Below are positions 42,601 through 43,120 of a stretch of 43,120 nucleotides of DNA, one piece after another. A program made the position numbers and the translations under genes. Numbering within the stretch: the first letter of the stretch is position 1; each line of letters opens with the position of its first letter. This stretch comes from a virus. Below the pieces are notes generated by a model, which was not told the origin of the DNA, did no database searches, and worked only from the letters and a program-made list of their open reading frames with translations. The DNA lies in the IMG/VR virus record IMGVR_UViG_3300048911_000054; one strand, written 5' to 3'.

Positions 42601-43120
42601 ACGGCGGTACCGTACAGATCCTTGATCTCGGACCCCTGCAGCTTGATGTTCTGCTGGGTGCCGTCTGGCATGATCCCTTTGCGCAATGCGCGGATAGCCT
42701 GGTACTCCGGCAGCGTATCCAGCTCTTCTGAGACTTCGGCGGCAATGCGCGCAGACTCTTCGCCCCACCACTTGCTGCGGCGCTGCTCTTCTTCGCGGAT
42801 CACTTGCTGCTCAACCGTGGTCGCGGCTTCGGCGTGGGCCAGGTCAACCTGGTCGCGGTAGGCTGCGAACTCGGTTTCCGTCATGCCAGCCTTGGCCGCG
42901 CTTTCGAACATGGGCATGGCCTGGGTCACGTCCTGGGCTGCGCGGATCTGGTCATCAGTTGCAACGATTCGATCCATCACGCCACGTATCTCATCGGAAA
43001 GCTGTACGTTCAGGCGTGTCAGGTCTTTGTAGATGGCGATGATCCATCGCTTGAACCGGGCGAACGCGCCTTGAAGCTCTGGGTTTGGCGCCTTGCCATC
43101 TGCCAAATACGCCTCAAAGC
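39675..43120 (-). CDS. C-terminal ~1,106 codons of the same giant virion protein (42994..43120 duplicates 1..127)
   Basis: The tracked 1143-aa ORF begins at an internal TTG. It is in frame with 1..2870 across the junction (6189 nt = 2063 codons). It occupies the T7 gp16 position, just upstream of the tailspike. Confidence 0.85.
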   Translation of the reverse strand, partial: FEAYLADGKAPNPELQGAFARFKRWIIAIYKDLTRLNVQLSDEIRGVMDRIVATDDQIRAAQDVTQAMPMFESAAKAGMTETEFAAYRDQVDLAHAEAATTVEQQVIREEEQRRSKWWGEESARIAAEVSEELDTLPEYQAIRALRKGIMPDGTQQNIKLQGSEIKDLYGTAVLRKLAFMHGKDGIPMDISAQILGFKSGDEMIKAILGAPPRGEAILAETQARMMERHGARADGASTEKAMAAVHNEKRGAVLLKELNALGKQGNRKNITSQQVLKAAAERIMQNRKVRDIQPFEYQRAEGKAGRRAFEAAAKGDLAAAYEAKQQQLLNYHLWREAKKARDEIDSIVNRMADFNKSTRREKLGKAGHSYLDQIDAVMEQYEFRNVSLRDLDKRVSFAQWYADQLAQGNEPDVPEFILNTSQKVNYKDLSLAQLSELNDFVQNVNHLAGLKNKLLANKRLKDFAEAKDLLVKAAYANLGKRKAPPIDKGTLTALERMGDWASSMSAALLKMEQIVEWLDDGDIEGPWHTTFWQPFVEAQAAKDDLNREFTTQLMANVDKYIDARGQRAMREQINIPEIGQSLTRNAIISAALNTGNAGNREKLLKGYGWDENQLGAILRNMNKDDWEFAQSQWDLVERLWPQIEQLEKDLHGVAPDKIVATPVSTQYGEYSGGYWPLVYDTSSPEYAQVANNLTDNTGLFEQGYAKATTPKGHTKARVDSFAAPIMLDTSIVASHLGQVIHDLTHRKAIIDAAKIISNKEVKQALNETLGVNIANQFNPWLQGVANDMVMDSRKGIDAWTNLSSTLRANLSVGWMGFSATTGIQQILGFSQSWEHLAQLGARKYLPQGMLEFVRQPFKTIAFVKSLSGEMRNRDANLDNNMREVLKRVSGRTGPKAVIQRLAFKHISIIQSMVDYPTWLAAYHKGMADGETLDTSVAMGDRAVRLSQMSGGPKDLAAVQRKDGLMKALTIVYSYFNLLYNRQADLVHSMKTAQGVKDYLSAFERTIFLIAMPAVLAPLMTGQGPKDDDSYAKWAALKVATYPLMAVPLLRDVASSLESGWAYSGATPIGDVFKSATRLAAAIGQDDVDAEKITMSTMDVVGMGFGLPTAQPKRTIKYLFSVERGERQDDNMLEFIRGLMFGPPKEPK
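42994..43120. repeat. Second copy of the 127-nt terminal repeat
   Basis: Identical to 1..127. Confidence 0.95.

Noticed and set aside
1-43120. CRISPR arrays, transposase/IS elements, long internal repeats
   Set aside because: Nothing with spacer-repeat periodicity or terminal inverted repeats was seen. The only long exact repeat is the 127-nt end overlap.

Overview
The window is one complete, GC-rich tailed-phage genome assembled as a circle. The first 127 nt recur exactly at the end, so the unit length is 42,993 bp. There are three transcription blocks.
(1) A minus-strand late block runs from ~17.36 kb down to nt 1 and, through the artificial junction, from 43.1 kb down to 33.9 kb. It holds small and large terminase, a podovirus-type portal, scaffold, HK97-like capsid and a decoration protein. 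A T7-like gp11-to-gp17 order follows: adaptor, nozzle, three internal/ejection proteins, tailspike. After that come holin, GH108 endolysin, overlapped spanins and a terminal 3-gene cassette.
(2) A plus-strand early block (22.66-33.88 kb) holds a Cro-like HTH, a DUF1376 replication protein, DnaB, Erf, a YqaJ exonuclease, NinB, a DUF1364 nuclease and many small ORFs.
(3) A minus-strand early-left block (22.52-17.43 kb) holds small proteins, a MazG-like/DUF550 pair, a RuvC-like resolvase, two tRNAs and a secreted protein.
I saw no integrase, CI-type repressor, CRISPR array, reverse transcriptase or transposase.
Most worth a second look:
- a 2,062-aa junction-spanning virion protein, missed by the ORF track, with an internal HExxH zincin motif;
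- a ~120-nt nested RNA structure with a competing 10-bp pairing and a U8 tract, which insulates a single gene with FtsK-gamma-like winged helices;
- a lambda PR'/tR'-like leader unit in front of the late genes;
- two non-canonical tRNAs, Gly(UCC) and Trp(CCA);
- a terminator-bracketed post-lysis cassette encoding a signal-peptide-bearing tail-fibre-repeat protein.
All family calls come from motif recognition by eye. No searches were run.
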